A stretch of DNA of 64,000 nt from Candidatus Aenigmatarchaeota archaeon (GTDB taxonomy: Archaea > Aenigmatarchaeota > Aenigmatarchaeia > Aenigmatarchaeales > JACQIB01): the NCBI GenBank assembly GCA_016198755.1, contig JACQIB010000002.1, forward strand, positions 32,001-96,000. The letters are read 5' to 3'. Positions 54,929 through 64,000 of the stretch are shown here, in pieces. A program made the translations under genes and the position numbers. Each line of letters begins with the position of its first letter. The stretch's first letter is position 1. The notes beneath the pieces were generated by a model. The model ran no database searches. It saw only the letters and a program-made list of their open reading frames with translations, and was not told the origin of the DNA.

Positions 54929-56110
54929 ATGCGCAATCCGGAGTTAATCAGGTTTCTGCCTATTATTGTCATTGTTATAATAGCTCTCATAGCAGGCTGC
55001 ACAGGACAAAAAAGTAACGATCCCGTAACAATTGCAAAAGAAACAACTGCAGTGAAAGCTTATCTTTCTGGCGGCGAAGAAGCTGATATTTCGGTGGTTA
55101 CGGTTTCAAAAGATGATATTATAAAGCAAAAGGCAACTCTAGATCAGATTTGCAGCATGCAGTTTGAGGAAAAAAAGTATAAAAAGGTAATATTTACAGG
55201 TGGTAATGGTGATGTTGCCGTATGGATAGATACGGATACAAATACTGCTGTTTGTGTTATTGGAACAGATGCTTCTGGGCAAGTTACAGTTGAAAAGCCA
55301 TCTACAACGCTCCCACCTACAACAACTAGCGGAGCGGCCTCAACTACCATCTCAACAACTACTTTAGGCGATTCTAGCAGCAAGAAAGCAGATGGTTCTG
55401 CATGCAGCATACACGATGATTGTCAGAGCGGATATTGTTTGAACAGTGTATGTGCAACCCCAGGCGGGGCAACAACCACAACAATTGCAGCCGGGATAAC
55501 AACTACCACTGTTGTTGGGGCAACAACCACAACAGTTGGCCAGACAACAACCACAGGGAACACAACAACCACTTTGGGTGGAACAACCACAACCTCAGGC
55601 GGAACTACTACAACTTCCGGCGGAACAACCACTTCTACTACAGCCGCTGGAACAACCACAACATCTACAACTACCGCCACTACTACCACTTCTACTACTA
55701 CAACAACCAGCACAACAACTACCACATCCACTACAACAACCACAACAGCGCCAGGGCAGCCTGATATTACTATAGCTTTTGTTTCTGCTGCTGGTACTGA
55801 TGCAAATCCAGGAATAGGTCTTGGGGAGTCAATTCTTGTTACTTTTAATGTGAACAATGTTGGTAATGGAAGTGCAGGTCAGTTTACTTCACGGGCATCC
55901 TTCCCTGATGGAGATGGCGGAGGAACAAATTGTCAGGTAGTTATAAATTCTCTAGCAGCTGGTGCGACAACACAACGCAGCTGCACTTTCGGAGGCACAA
56001 ACATTCCAGGGAATCACAACATACAGCTTATGGCTGATACACCGGGCGTAATAACAGAATCCAATGAAGGCAACAATAATGACAACAGCGGTACTGCAAA
56101 CGTAATGTAA
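54929..56110 (+). CDS. Surface lipoprotein with Cys-rich motif, long Thr/Gly stalk and CARDB-like domain; paralog of 38501
   Basis: LIAGC lipobox, KKADGSACSIHDDCQSGYCLNSVC, about 95-aa Thr-rich region, PDITI...VNNVG...AD...ESNEGNN. Confidence 0.82.
   Translation: MRNPELIRFLPIIVIVIIALIAGCTGQKSNDPVTIAKETTAVKAYLSGGEEADISVVTVSKDDIIKQKATLDQICSMQFEEKKYKKVIFTGGNGDVAVWIDTDTNTAVCVIGTDASGQVTVEKPSTTLPPTTTSGAASTTISTTTLGDSSSKKADGSACSIHDDCQSGYCLNSVCATPGGATTTTIAAGITTTTVVGATTTTVGQTTTTGNTTTTLGGTTTTSGGTTTTSGGTTTSTTAAGTTTTSTTTATTTTSTTTTTSTTTTTSTTTTTTAPGQPDITIAFVSAAGTDANPGIGLGESILVTFNVNNVGNGSAGQFTSRASFPDGDGGGTNCQVVINSLAAGATTQRSCTFGGTNIPGNHNIQLMADTPGVITESNEGNNNDNSGTANVM
55470..55750 (+). repeat. Low-complexity ACN-codon (poly-Thr) coding repeat
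   Basis: Runs of aca/acc/act triplets encoding (G/S)GTTTT units. Confidence 0.8.
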
Positions 56111-56126
56111 TTACAATAGAACATTA

Positions 56127-56318
56127 CTAAAGCTTCTTCCTTGTGGCAACCTTTACAACATAGCCGGCAACCTTATTCCTTATATTCTTGCTTTCTATGA
56201 GCTTCAGGCTAGTAATAAAGACCTTATTTCCATCAAAACTGGCGCTTAATTTATCAGGGTACTTTACAAACAGCTCTTCAGCTATGCTCTTTACCCACGT
56301 GGATCTTATCCTTCCCAT
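56127..56318 (-). CDS. rps17e: 30S ribosomal protein S17e
   Basis: MGRIR...K..A..L...YP......F..NK.........SKNIRNKVAGY. Confidence 0.95.
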   Translation of the reverse strand: MGRIRSTWVKSIAEELFVKYPDKLSASFDGNKVFITSLKLIESKNIRNKVAGYVVKVATRKKL

Positions 56319-56371
56319 AGGAGAGCTTTATCTATCCACAGGCTTAAAAAGCTTGCGTAGGAGGTATGTTT

Positions 56372-57367
56372 ATGGCAATTTATCTAGCAGCAAATCCTTT
56401 GGGAGTATTTGCTGTCTCAGAAGGCAAAATAGTCTGGAAGCTCCTTTTTGGAAAGGACTCATTGCAGGCAGCCAAAAAGCTGAACAGCTGGAAAACGCTC
56501 CCTGAGGTTATTGAGACTATAAAAAGATTTTCGGCCTTAACTGATCAGCCAAATCCGGCTTCAGAATATTTATCCACACATTTGAGGGAAATTGCTCCGG
56601 AAGCAGGATTCAACCCAGGAGAGCTAGGATTATTTTTATCTGCAACTGGTGCAGAGTTATCAAAACTTTCAATAACCTCTACAGAAAGGAGAGATAAAAT
56701 TATTGTTCAGGCTGTTTCAGCACTGAATGATTTAGATAAAATACTAAACCTAAAAACAGAGAGGCTCAGGGAATGGTTTGGCTTGCATTATCCGGAATTT
56801 AGCATGAGGGACCATGAGAAATTTGTAACTGAAATAATGGCTAAAGGTTCTAGGGAGAAATTTGATAATTATCATGGTTCCCATGGAATAAGTTTTAAAG
56901 CTGAGGATATTTCAACAGTGCAACTCTATGCCACAGCACTTCGCACAGACTATGAATTAAGGAAAAAGCTCGAAGCATATCTGGCTGTTATGGTAAAAGA
57001 AGAGATGCCAAATACAACAGCACTTTTAGGAACTTTATTGGCTGCGCGTTTACTTGCTCAGGCAGGAGCATTGGAGAAATTGGCAAAGATGAGTTCCAGC
57101 ACTATCCAGCTTTTGGGTGCTGAGAAAGCTTTATTCAGGTTTATGAAAGCGCGGGGGCGCGAGAAGGTAAAAGCTCCGAAATTTGGAATTTTATTTACTC
57201 ATCCAGATGTTTCTGGAGCTCCAAGGGATAAACAGGGTAAAATAGCAAGGCTTTTGTCAAGCAAGCTTACAATAGCTGCCCGCGCAGATTTTTATAGTAA
57301 GGAAAATAAAGGGGAAGCTTTGCTGAAAGAGTACAAAGAAAAGGTAGCAGAAGCACTGAGGGAGTGA
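56372..57367 (+). CDS. nop5: C/D box sRNP protein Nop5 (Nop56/58)
   Basis: ERLREWFGLHYPE, MPN, LAKMSSSTIQLLGAEKALF, PKFGILF, GKIARLLSSK..IAARAD. Confidence 0.95.
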   Translation: MAIYLAANPLGVFAVSEGKIVWKLLFGKDSLQAAKKLNSWKTLPEVIETIKRFSALTDQPNPASEYLSTHLREIAPEAGFNPGELGLFLSATGAELSKLSITSTERRDKIIVQAVSALNDLDKILNLKTERLREWFGLHYPEFSMRDHEKFVTEIMAKGSREKFDNYHGSHGISFKAEDISTVQLYATALRTDYELRKKLEAYLAVMVKEEMPNTTALLGTLLAARLLAQAGALEKLAKMSSSTIQLLGAEKALFRFMKARGREKVKAPKFGILFTHPDVSGAPRDKQGKIARLLSSKLTIAARADFYSKENKGEALLKEYKEKVAEALRE

Positions 57368-57368
57368 A

Positions 57369-58013
57369 ATGGGAGCGCAAGAGAAGTTCCCAGGGGTTTC
57401 TATAGTAAACGGTAGACTGGCTGTTAATGCAAATCACAGTTTTTTCGGGGAGATTGTTGAAAAAGGTTATAGATTCTGGGATCCTAACAGGAGCAAGCTA
57501 GGAGCTGCTCTTATGAAAGGTCTGAAAGAGCTTCCAATAAAGTTTGGCAGTTCTGTTCTCTATCTTGGAGCAGCGCACGGTTTTACAACAAGCTTTATTT
57601 CTGATATTGTTGGTTCTGCCGGAATAATTTATGCGGTTGAGTTTTCAGAACGCTGCTTTAAAGAATTACTACCAATAGCAGAAAAGCTGAAGAATGTGGT
57701 TCCAATAAAGGGCGATGCGCGCATGCCAGAAACTTATTCATGGATAGAAAAGATGGATGTTGTATACTGTGATATAGCAGACCCTCAGCAGACTGAAGTT
57801 GCTATCAGAAACTGCTCTGCTTTCCTTAAACCCAAAGGCTATTTGATGATAGCAATAAAAACCCAGAGCATAGATGTGACTGCACAGCCTGCGACAGTTG
57901 CACAAGCAGAAGCAGATAAACTTAGGAAAGCAGGCTTTGACGTTCTTGAGGTTTTGAATTTAGAGCCTTTTGAAGAGAAGCACTATTTTATTGTGGCACG
58001 CTCCCGTGCCTGA
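57369..58013 (+). CDS. flpA: Fibrillarin-like rRNA/tRNA 2'-O-methyltransferase
   Basis: YRFWDPNRSKLGAA, VLYLGAAHG, YAVEFS, DARMP, DIADPQQ, SIDVT, LEPFEEKH. Confidence 0.95.
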   Translation: MGAQEKFPGVSIVNGRLAVNANHSFFGEIVEKGYRFWDPNRSKLGAALMKGLKELPIKFGSSVLYLGAAHGFTTSFISDIVGSAGIIYAVEFSERCFKELLPIAEKLKNVVPIKGDARMPETYSWIEKMDVVYCDIADPQQTEVAIRNCSAFLKPKGYLMIAIKTQSIDVTAQPATVAQAEADKLRKAGFDVLEVLNLEPFEEKHYFIVARSRA

Positions 58014-59166
58014 GAAAACTTTTTACAGTTTTCTGCTCCTTCAAAATCCTGAACAGTTTGCTTTCCATTTTCCATTTGTCCTTTGTTAAACACTTTTGTG
58101 TAATGCTGCTGAAAGCTTTCTCCAGTGTTTCAAATTTCTCTGCAGGCTTTTCAAAAGCCCCCCTTACAATCTCTCTTACTTTCCAAACCCCAACAGGGGC
58201 ATAATATTCCGGAGTTATCTCCCGCACAATTATTATTGAGGCAGATTTCTTGATTTTTTCCAAATATTCCAGCACAGGAAGGCGCGAAGCATAGAACCCG
58301 CCTCCTGTAGAGGATGCATAGGTTTTCCTTCCCCAATAAGGTTCATAGTCTTTTGAAACCGAGATTTTTGTCTTGTCCAAATCATACAGTTCAATAAGTT
58401 CAAACTGGTAAGTTCCAGGAACCAATAAAATCTGGAACTTGTTCCCAATATACTCGTTCCTGAAAAGCAAAACCTCTTCCAAAGGTTCGTATTGCCTTAC
58501 ATTAGCTAACATTATCTTCCCAAGAATATCATCCACACCCGTAATAGACCAGCGGGTTGGAACAAGCTTCCTCTCTAGTTTAGAGCCAAGTAGACCAACA
58601 GAAAAAATCTTTTGAATAGAACTTATTGGTATGCTCTTGTAAAGCTCTGAAACAGCCTGCACGGTTTTTAGGTCTGTGTCAGAAACAATATAGTCCACTT
58701 TCTTTTCCACAGACGGATTGCTGGCAAGCCTGACATTTTCCAATGGAGCAGGATTGCCAACAGGTGCAAAATATTCATTGAAAGTAAACTTGAACTCAGG
58801 CTTACTTTTTAGTTCCACCTCAATATCCACCTGTTTCCTGCTCATTGCAACTTCTTTTACAACATCCATTAGCTTTGTTTCAACCCTTACTGTAGGAACT
58901 TTAAATCTGGAATAAATCATCTGCCCACGAAAATTCAGTATCTGTTCTATACTAACATTCTGTTTATACCAGCTTTCAGGCGAGTCCAGAATATTTGCAT
59001 CCTGAAGCTGCTGTGGTGGAGACAGGAGACCAACAAAAACCTTTGGATAGAACGCTTTCCCAACAAAAACACTCGGTGGGCTCGTGCCTGTAAAGTCTTT
59101 TACACTTTCAATAGTCTTCTGCCAGAACCTTATCTTATCCATGTACTTAGAATAGTCAACTTGCAT
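57988..59166 (-). CDS. Nre family DNA repair protein (DUF650/DUF651)
   Basis: GTSPPSVFVG..YPKV, DSPESW, KLVPTRWSITGVDD, GGFYASRL, REITPEYYAPVGVWKVRE, C-terminal PIP-like QKTVKSF. Confidence 0.9.
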   Translation of the reverse strand: MQVDYSKYMDKIRFWQKTIESVKDFTGTSPPSVFVGKAFYPKVFVGLLSPPQQLQDANILDSPESWYKQNVSIEQILNFRGQMIYSRFKVPTVRVETKLMDVVKEVAMSRKQVDIEVELKSKPEFKFTFNEYFAPVGNPAPLENVRLASNPSVEKKVDYIVSDTDLKTVQAVSELYKSIPISSIQKIFSVGLLGSKLERKLVPTRWSITGVDDILGKIMLANVRQYEPLEEVLLFRNEYIGNKFQILLVPGTYQFELIELYDLDKTKISVSKDYEPYWGRKTYASSTGGGFYASRLPVLEYLEKIKKSASIIIVREITPEYYAPVGVWKVREIVRGAFEKPAEKFETLEKAFSSITQKCLTKDKWKMESKLFRILKEQKTVKSFLRHGSVPQ

Positions 59167-59191
59167 ACCAGAGCTTTGCTTCCAAACAGCT

Positions 59192-60169
59192 TTAAGCTTT
59201 TTCGTGCTTCACAAGATGTTTCCTGACCCTTTTCAGGAACAGTTCAATATCTGAAACTTTTGCACCGGCTGCAACAGGATGACCACCCCCTTTGCCTATA
59301 CCGCGTGCAGCTGACTTGAAAACTTTCCCAAGATCAATATTTTTATTTGGAGCCCGTCCGCTAACCCTATATCCATCCCTGCTTTTGCTGTATAAAATAA
59401 TAGCCCTTTTCGGGTACAAATCAGATAGTTTTGTTGAGAGAATAGAAGTTATATGGACTCTGCTCTTTACCTGAAACAGACTTAATTTTGATTCAGGCAG
59501 CTGGGAAAATACAGCTATCTGTTTTTCTATCTCAGCTGAAACCTTCTTTTTCATTTCCATATAGTCTGGATTTTCTATAACATCTTTTGTACCAGAAGCA
59601 TTAGAAAGGAAAACGCAAAGATTTATCATTAGTTCAGGATTGTCCATTGCTTTCACAGCATTTATTGTATCCACAGCTTCTATCTCCAACTTCGTTCCTT
59701 CAATCTCATGATCGCCTATTGCTCCAAGCTTCATCAGCCATTCAAATCCTTCAAAACCTGTAGCTTTTGTAATGTCGTAAATGTTATGTGAAGTGGAAAT
59801 ATAGGCTTTCTTGTCAAAAAGGCGCGGGTTCCAGAAAACAAATCCCTTTTTGTTAAAATCAATTGCAGGCGGATGATGATCCACAACCAAACATTTCCCC
59901 ACGAAAGGCTTAAGGAATTTTAATTCATCAAATGCATAATCCAAGAAAATTGCAAAATCCACCTTCTCCTTCCCATAAGCTTCAAAAACATAGTCATCCT
60001 TATTTCCAGTATTAAGTGAAAAGTATACTCCTTTCAGTTTTTTAAGGAAAGCAAGTGTTATTGCACCAGAGCAAACGCCATCACAATCCATATCAAAGAA
60101 AATTCCAACTTTACCCTTTGCATTTTTCAGGAAATTCACAGAATTCTTGAAAATAACGTCTTTATTCAT
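59192..60169 (-). CDS. DHH/DHHA1 family phosphoesterase (RecJ-like)
   Basis: DMDCDG, LD, VVDHH, NP, IGD, SGR, GGGHPVAAG. Confidence 0.88.
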   Translation of the reverse strand: MNKDVIFKNSVNFLKNAKGKVGIFFDMDCDGVCSGAITLAFLKKLKGVYFSLNTGNKDDYVFEAYGKEKVDFAIFLDYAFDELKFLKPFVGKCLVVDHHPPAIDFNKKGFVFWNPRLFDKKAYISTSHNIYDITKATGFEGFEWLMKLGAIGDHEIEGTKLEIEAVDTINAVKAMDNPELMINLCVFLSNASGTKDVIENPDYMEMKKKVSAEIEKQIAVFSQLPESKLSLFQVKSRVHITSILSTKLSDLYPKRAIILYSKSRDGYRVSGRAPNKNIDLGKVFKSAARGIGKGGGHPVAAGAKVSDIELFLKRVRKHLVKHEKA

Positions 60170-60767
60170 CCTTTGCCTCCTCCTTTGCTTTCATTAACAG
60201 TACTTGGAGAGGGTTAGGAGTTCCATGAACATGGCTCTCTACAGCAGAGTCTATAACATCAGCATAGTAAACCAGCATACCCTCTATTGTTCTTGGATTT
60301 GCAGCACTAGATCCCTGATCTCCTCCATGCGCAGCAACTATATGTATAACTTCTTCAGGAAACCCGCGTGCATACAGCTCAGCAGCAGAGAAAAAGCCAT
60401 GGTCAAGATTTGTTCCAGTAAATCCCCATCCCTTTGCCTCTTTCTTTATAATAAAACACTTCATTATGTCATGCAGCAAAGCTCCTGAAATTAAATGATC
60501 CTTATTTACCTTTATTCCATACGTCTTTTCAAAGTGCTCAGCCAAACCCAGAGCAATCCTTACAATACTAACTGTATGATCCAGCTCCCCTCCTGTATAC
60601 GAATGGTGAGAACCTACAGCCCATGCTGGTATTTCATCAAACCTTGCTGCAGGATATGTTATTTCAGGGTTTGAAACCGCAGGTTTTTTTAATAGTTCAG
60701 TTGTTTTCTCCCTCAAATTCTTATCCTTTATTTTTCCAGCCAGCTCAAATAGTTCTTTCATACTCAT
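60162..60767 (-). CDS. HDIG/HD-domain phosphodiesterase (YhaM/MptB-like)
   Basis: HHSYTGGELDHT, ALLHDIMK, DHG, HIVAAHG, PRTIEG, YADVID. Confidence 0.85.
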   Translation of the reverse strand: MSMKELFELAGKIKDKNLREKTTELLKKPAVSNPEITYPAARFDEIPAWAVGSHHSYTGGELDHTVSIVRIALGLAEHFEKTYGIKVNKDHLISGALLHDIMKCFIIKKEAKGWGFTGTNLDHGFFSAAELYARGFPEEVIHIVAAHGGDQGSSAANPRTIEGMLVYYADVIDSAVESHVHGTPNPLQVLLMKAKEEAKDE

Positions 60768-63745
60768 TTTCTTACACCAAACCTGTATTTTTTCTCTTCA
60801 AATTCCAGTTCAAATTCCTTTCCTTCCAGCTTTCCAAACCTAAGTTTACTTCCTGTTGCCTCTTCCAATCTTTTTTCCTGCCCCTTAAATTCCTTCCCCT
60901 CTATGCTCAGGAAAACTTTATCCCCTATTTTCATTCCCATCTCTTTCCTCGCAGCCTGTACAGCTCTTATGAACTCTCTTATCAGCCACTCTTCCTTTAG
61001 CTTTTCTGAAACTTTTGTTTCAAGGAATATCTTTCCTCCTGGGAAAGAAAAGCCCTCTTCAGAAACTTCCCTGAAAATAACATCTCCCTTATCTACTTCC
61101 AATCCAGAAACCTTTACCCTTCCTTTTTCCAGTTCTTTCTTTAGTTTTTCGCCATCAATATTCAACAAACCCTCTGCCAGCCTTTTAACATTAGACCCAA
61201 ACTTTTTACCTGCAACAGAATAATTCGGCTTAATATCATAAGTTACAGAAGCAGTTCCATACCCTACTTTTTCAACATTAACAAGGCTTTCTATAAATTT
61301 CTCAACAGTTTTTAGTTTCTTTACAACTGCTGGCTGGGCAGCAATCTTTAGCTCAGGAAGCAGATACTTTAATTTAATTCCCTGAGCTGCTCTTGCTTCA
61401 TTTGCAGTCTCTACAACATGTAAAGCAAGTTCTATACTCTCCTCAAGTTCTTTGTTTACCTTTCCTGTTTTTGGCCAACCCTCGAAGTGTATACTTCCTT
61501 TTTTTCTGTTTTCCATATAGTAATGTTCTGATATGTGGGGCAGAGCAGGAGCTAAAAGTGTTATAAGAGAATTGTATACAGTATTTAAGACAGCTGAAAC
61601 AGAATCTTTTTCCCTCCCTTTAATTCTGTCTCTTACAAGTTTTATGTAAACTCTGCTAAGATCCTCCAGTGCAAACTTTCTAATTTCCTGCAAAGCTTGA
61701 AATCCTCTGTAATTTTCCATTATATCAGATGTTCTCAAAATCAGACTATTCAATCTCGAAATAATCCACTCATCCTCAATTTTTAGTCCTTTAAGCTTTT
61801 TGTTCCCAGAGCAATAGGTTTTAATGAATGTGTATAGGTTTTGTATGCTTAGGAAAAAATCCATGGATTTTTCAACTTCTGCCCAGTCAAATTTTATATC
61901 TTCTGCAGGGTCTTTTGAGAGCAGGTAAAATCTTAACACATCCCTTCCATACCTTTCTATAACATCTGCAGGCGAAACAATGTTCCCCAGAGATTTACTC
62001 ATCTTTATTCCCTTAGCATCTAAAACCATACCATGATATACAACAGTTTTGAACGGAATATAGCCCAAAGTCATTATTCCAGTGATTGATTCTGCATTCC
62101 ACCAGCCTCTAAATTGGTCTGCTCCCTCCAGCTCAAACTCTACCTTTTTTCCAAGCTTTTCAAAAAGTTTCTTATCATTTGGATAATTCAAGCTGGCCCA
62201 TGGAGCAACCCCAGCATCAAACCATACATCCAGAACATCCAGAACCCTGTTCATTGTAGAGCCGCATTTACACCTTAATTTTACCTTGTCTATAAACGGT
62301 CTGTGCAAGTCTTTTAGTTTAACAGGCAACTCCTTTGATGAACCTATAATCTTTACTTCAGAACAAACGTTACATGTCCATATTGGCAAAGGTATACCCC
62401 AATATCTCTGCCTTGAAACAGGCCAGTCTCCCAATCCATGCAGCCAGTCATCAAACCTTTTTCCTGCCCAGTCAGGCACCCAAGTCACTTCTTTATTCTG
62501 TTCAATTAACTTGTCCCTTATTGCAGAAACCTTAAAAAACCACTGCGGAACTGAAATCAAAATCAACGGGTTTTTGCACCTCCAGCATATTGGATAGCTA
62601 TGTTTTATCTTTCCCTGCATAACCAGTGCTCCAGCTCCTTTCAAATCAGCCAGAATCTCATCATCAGCATCTTTAACATATTTTCCCGCATATTTTCCAG
62701 AATTCTGAACAAACTTTCCATCCAGTCCAACAGGGCATAAAACAGATAATTTATTTTCCTGAGCAACCTTAAAGTCTTCCTTTCCATGCCCAGGAGCTGA
62801 ATGAACCAGTCCTGTTCCCTCATCCAATGAAACATATTGCGCAGAGCAAACCACTCTCCTGTCCACACCTTTTTGCTGCGGCACAAATTCTATTAAAGGG
62901 CTCTCGTATCTTAACCCTTCCAATTCCTTTCCTTTAACAGTTTTCAAAACCTTAAAATCAATACTAAACAGCTCTGTTAGTTTTGGAACAAGCTTTTCAG
63001 CAACAATCCAAACCTCATTGCCAGCTTTTACTTTTGCATAAGAAAACTCTGGGTTAACCATTATACCTGTGTTTGAAGGCAAAGTCCATGGAGTTGTCGT
63101 GTAAATAACCAAATATTCATTCTGTCCCCTAACCCTGAACTTTACATAAACAACAGGGTCCTCCAAATCCGTATATTCTATTTCATTATAGGCAACAGCC
63201 GTGGCACAATGAGAACAGGCATGCACAGGATAAATTCCCTTGTATAATAACCCCTTTTCAAATCCTTTCTTGAAAGTAAACCAAGCACCTTCAATATAAC
63301 TATTATTCAAAGTAAGGTAAGGCTTATTCCAGTCCATCCAAATCCCTAAATTATGGAAATCTTTGTTCATTTTTTCTATATGTTCTGTTACAAAATTTCT
63401 GCATTCAAAATTGAACTTTTCTATACCAAATTTTTCAATATCCTCCTTTGACTTGAATCCCAATTTCTTTTCAACCTTATTTTCTATTGGAAGACCATGC
63501 GTGTCATACCCAGGCTGGCTCCAAACTGAAAATCCCTGCATTCTCCAGAATCGTATATAGAAATCCTTGAGTACTTTGTTAATTGCTGTACCCATATGTA
63601 TGGCTCCTGAAGCATACGGAGGTCCATCAAGAAAATAGAAAGGTTTTCCTTTAGCTTCCAGCGCTTTCTTTTCTATACCTTCTTTTTTCCAGTATTCCCT
63701 GACCTTTTCTTCCATCTCCCTTATATCCATACCTTTCACTTCCAT
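60764..63745 (-). CDS. ileS: Isoleucine--tRNA ligase (archaeal type)
   Basis: DGPPYASGAIHMGT, GYDTHGLPIE, TTTPWTLP, GTGLVH, DWPVSRQRYWG, EGADQFRGW, KMSKS. Confidence 0.97.
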   Translation of the reverse strand: MEVKGMDIREMEEKVREYWKKEGIEKKALEAKGKPFYFLDGPPYASGAIHMGTAINKVLKDFYIRFWRMQGFSVWSQPGYDTHGLPIENKVEKKLGFKSKEDIEKFGIEKFNFECRNFVTEHIEKMNKDFHNLGIWMDWNKPYLTLNNSYIEGAWFTFKKGFEKGLLYKGIYPVHACSHCATAVAYNEIEYTDLEDPVVYVKFRVRGQNEYLVIYTTTPWTLPSNTGIMVNPEFSYAKVKAGNEVWIVAEKLVPKLTELFSIDFKVLKTVKGKELEGLRYESPLIEFVPQQKGVDRRVVCSAQYVSLDEGTGLVHSAPGHGKEDFKVAQENKLSVLCPVGLDGKFVQNSGKYAGKYVKDADDEILADLKGAGALVMQGKIKHSYPICWRCKNPLILISVPQWFFKVSAIRDKLIEQNKEVTWVPDWAGKRFDDWLHGLGDWPVSRQRYWGIPLPIWTCNVCSEVKIIGSSKELPVKLKDLHRPFIDKVKLRCKCGSTMNRVLDVLDVWFDAGVAPWASLNYPNDKKLFEKLGKKVEFELEGADQFRGWWNAESITGIMTLGYIPFKTVVYHGMVLDAKGIKMSKSLGNIVSPADVIERYGRDVLRFYLLSKDPAEDIKFDWAEVEKSMDFFLSIQNLYTFIKTYCSGNKKLKGLKIEDEWIISRLNSLILRTSDIMENYRGFQALQEIRKFALEDLSRVYIKLVRDRIKGREKDSVSAVLNTVYNSLITLLAPALPHISEHYYMENRKKGSIHFEGWPKTGKVNKELEESIELALHVVETANEARAAQGIKLKYLLPELKIAAQPAVVKKLKTVEKFIESLVNVEKVGYGTASVTYDIKPNYSVAGKKFGSNVKRLAEGLLNIDGEKLKKELEKGRVKVSGLEVDKGDVIFREVSEEGFSFPGGKIFLETKVSEKLKEEWLIREFIRAVQAARKEMGMKIGDKVFLSIEGKEFKGQEKRLEEATGSKLRFGKLEGKEFELEFEEKKYRFGVRK

Positions 63746-63836
63746 AAACTTTCTATTTTCAGCTTAAAAACCTTCTATACAACAGCTTTGGTGCAAAAGC
63801 CTTAAATTCAAGCTAATACCAAAGATTTTGAAGAAA

Positions 63837-64000
63837 ATGAAGTATGTGATGGTTTCAGACTTGAAAACAAAGGGAAAGTTCAAGCTATTCCCAGCTACAG
63901 CCTATTCTATATCGCCCTTTGATCATGGTGTTTTGTATGGGGACGGAATTTTTGAAGGTATAAGGATTTACAACGGGAGAATTTTTAAACTAAAGGAACA
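63837..64000 (+). CDS. ilvE: Branched-chain amino-acid aminotransferase (class IV), 3'-truncated by window edge
   Basis: Translated by hand: [10 protein letters not shown]...[30 protein letters not shown]. Confidence 0.88.
   Translation, partial: MKYVMVSDLKTKGKFKLFPATAYSISPFDHGVLYGDGIFEGIRIYNGRIFKLKE

Noticed and set aside
55420-55857. Asn/His-rich, Gln/Pro-rich and Val-rich ORFs in alternative frames
   Set aside because: Frame-shifted and antisense shadows of the poly-Thr ACN repeat in the lipoprotein gene.
1-64000. Mobile elements, prophage, rRNA, CRISPR arrays or defence islands
   Set aside because: No transposase, integrase, terminal inverted repeats, att duplications, rRNA-like segments or repeat-spacer arrays were recognised by eye.

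Overview
Gene-dense archaeal chromosome segment with many 4-11 bp overlaps between convergent genes, TATA/BRE-type promoters and GGTGA-type RBSs. Archaeal markers include AglB, AglH, RadB, Cdc48, histones, Nop5/fibrillarin, rpS17e, archaeal TyrRS/IleRS and BHB-type tRNA introns. Compactness, orphan genes and intron-rich tRNAs suggest a DPANN lineage, possibly Aenigmarchaeota-like (inference only). Bases 1-21.4 kb form a large surface/N-glycosylation locus: nucleotide-sugar enzymes, four GT4, two GT2, three GT-C proteins including AglB, a flippase and a radical SAM enzyme. The rest is mostly housekeeping, repair and surface proteins. Highlights: (1) an intact ADP-forming acyl-CoA synthetase alpha/beta pair in which both phospho-histidine sites are lost, a candidate pseudo-enzyme or acyl-CoA sensor; (2) a three-gene Cdc48 operon with a tandem 19-bp promoter repeat, a Cas2-like first gene and a DUF3467-like protein ending in the same S-[RK]-Y-I-G tail as Cdc48; (3) four tRNA genes carrying five introns, including D-loop and T-loop introns, a C33 tRNA-Glu and introns antisense to their own anticodon loop; (4) a 55-aa second histone missed by the ORF track; (5) an HxlR regulator/Rieske ferredoxin pair with a perfect palindromic operator; (6) a paralogous family of Cys-motif/Thr-stalk/CARDB lipoproteins. 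No CRISPR array, rRNA, transposase or integrase was seen. All protein assignments come from motif recognition by eye, not database searches.
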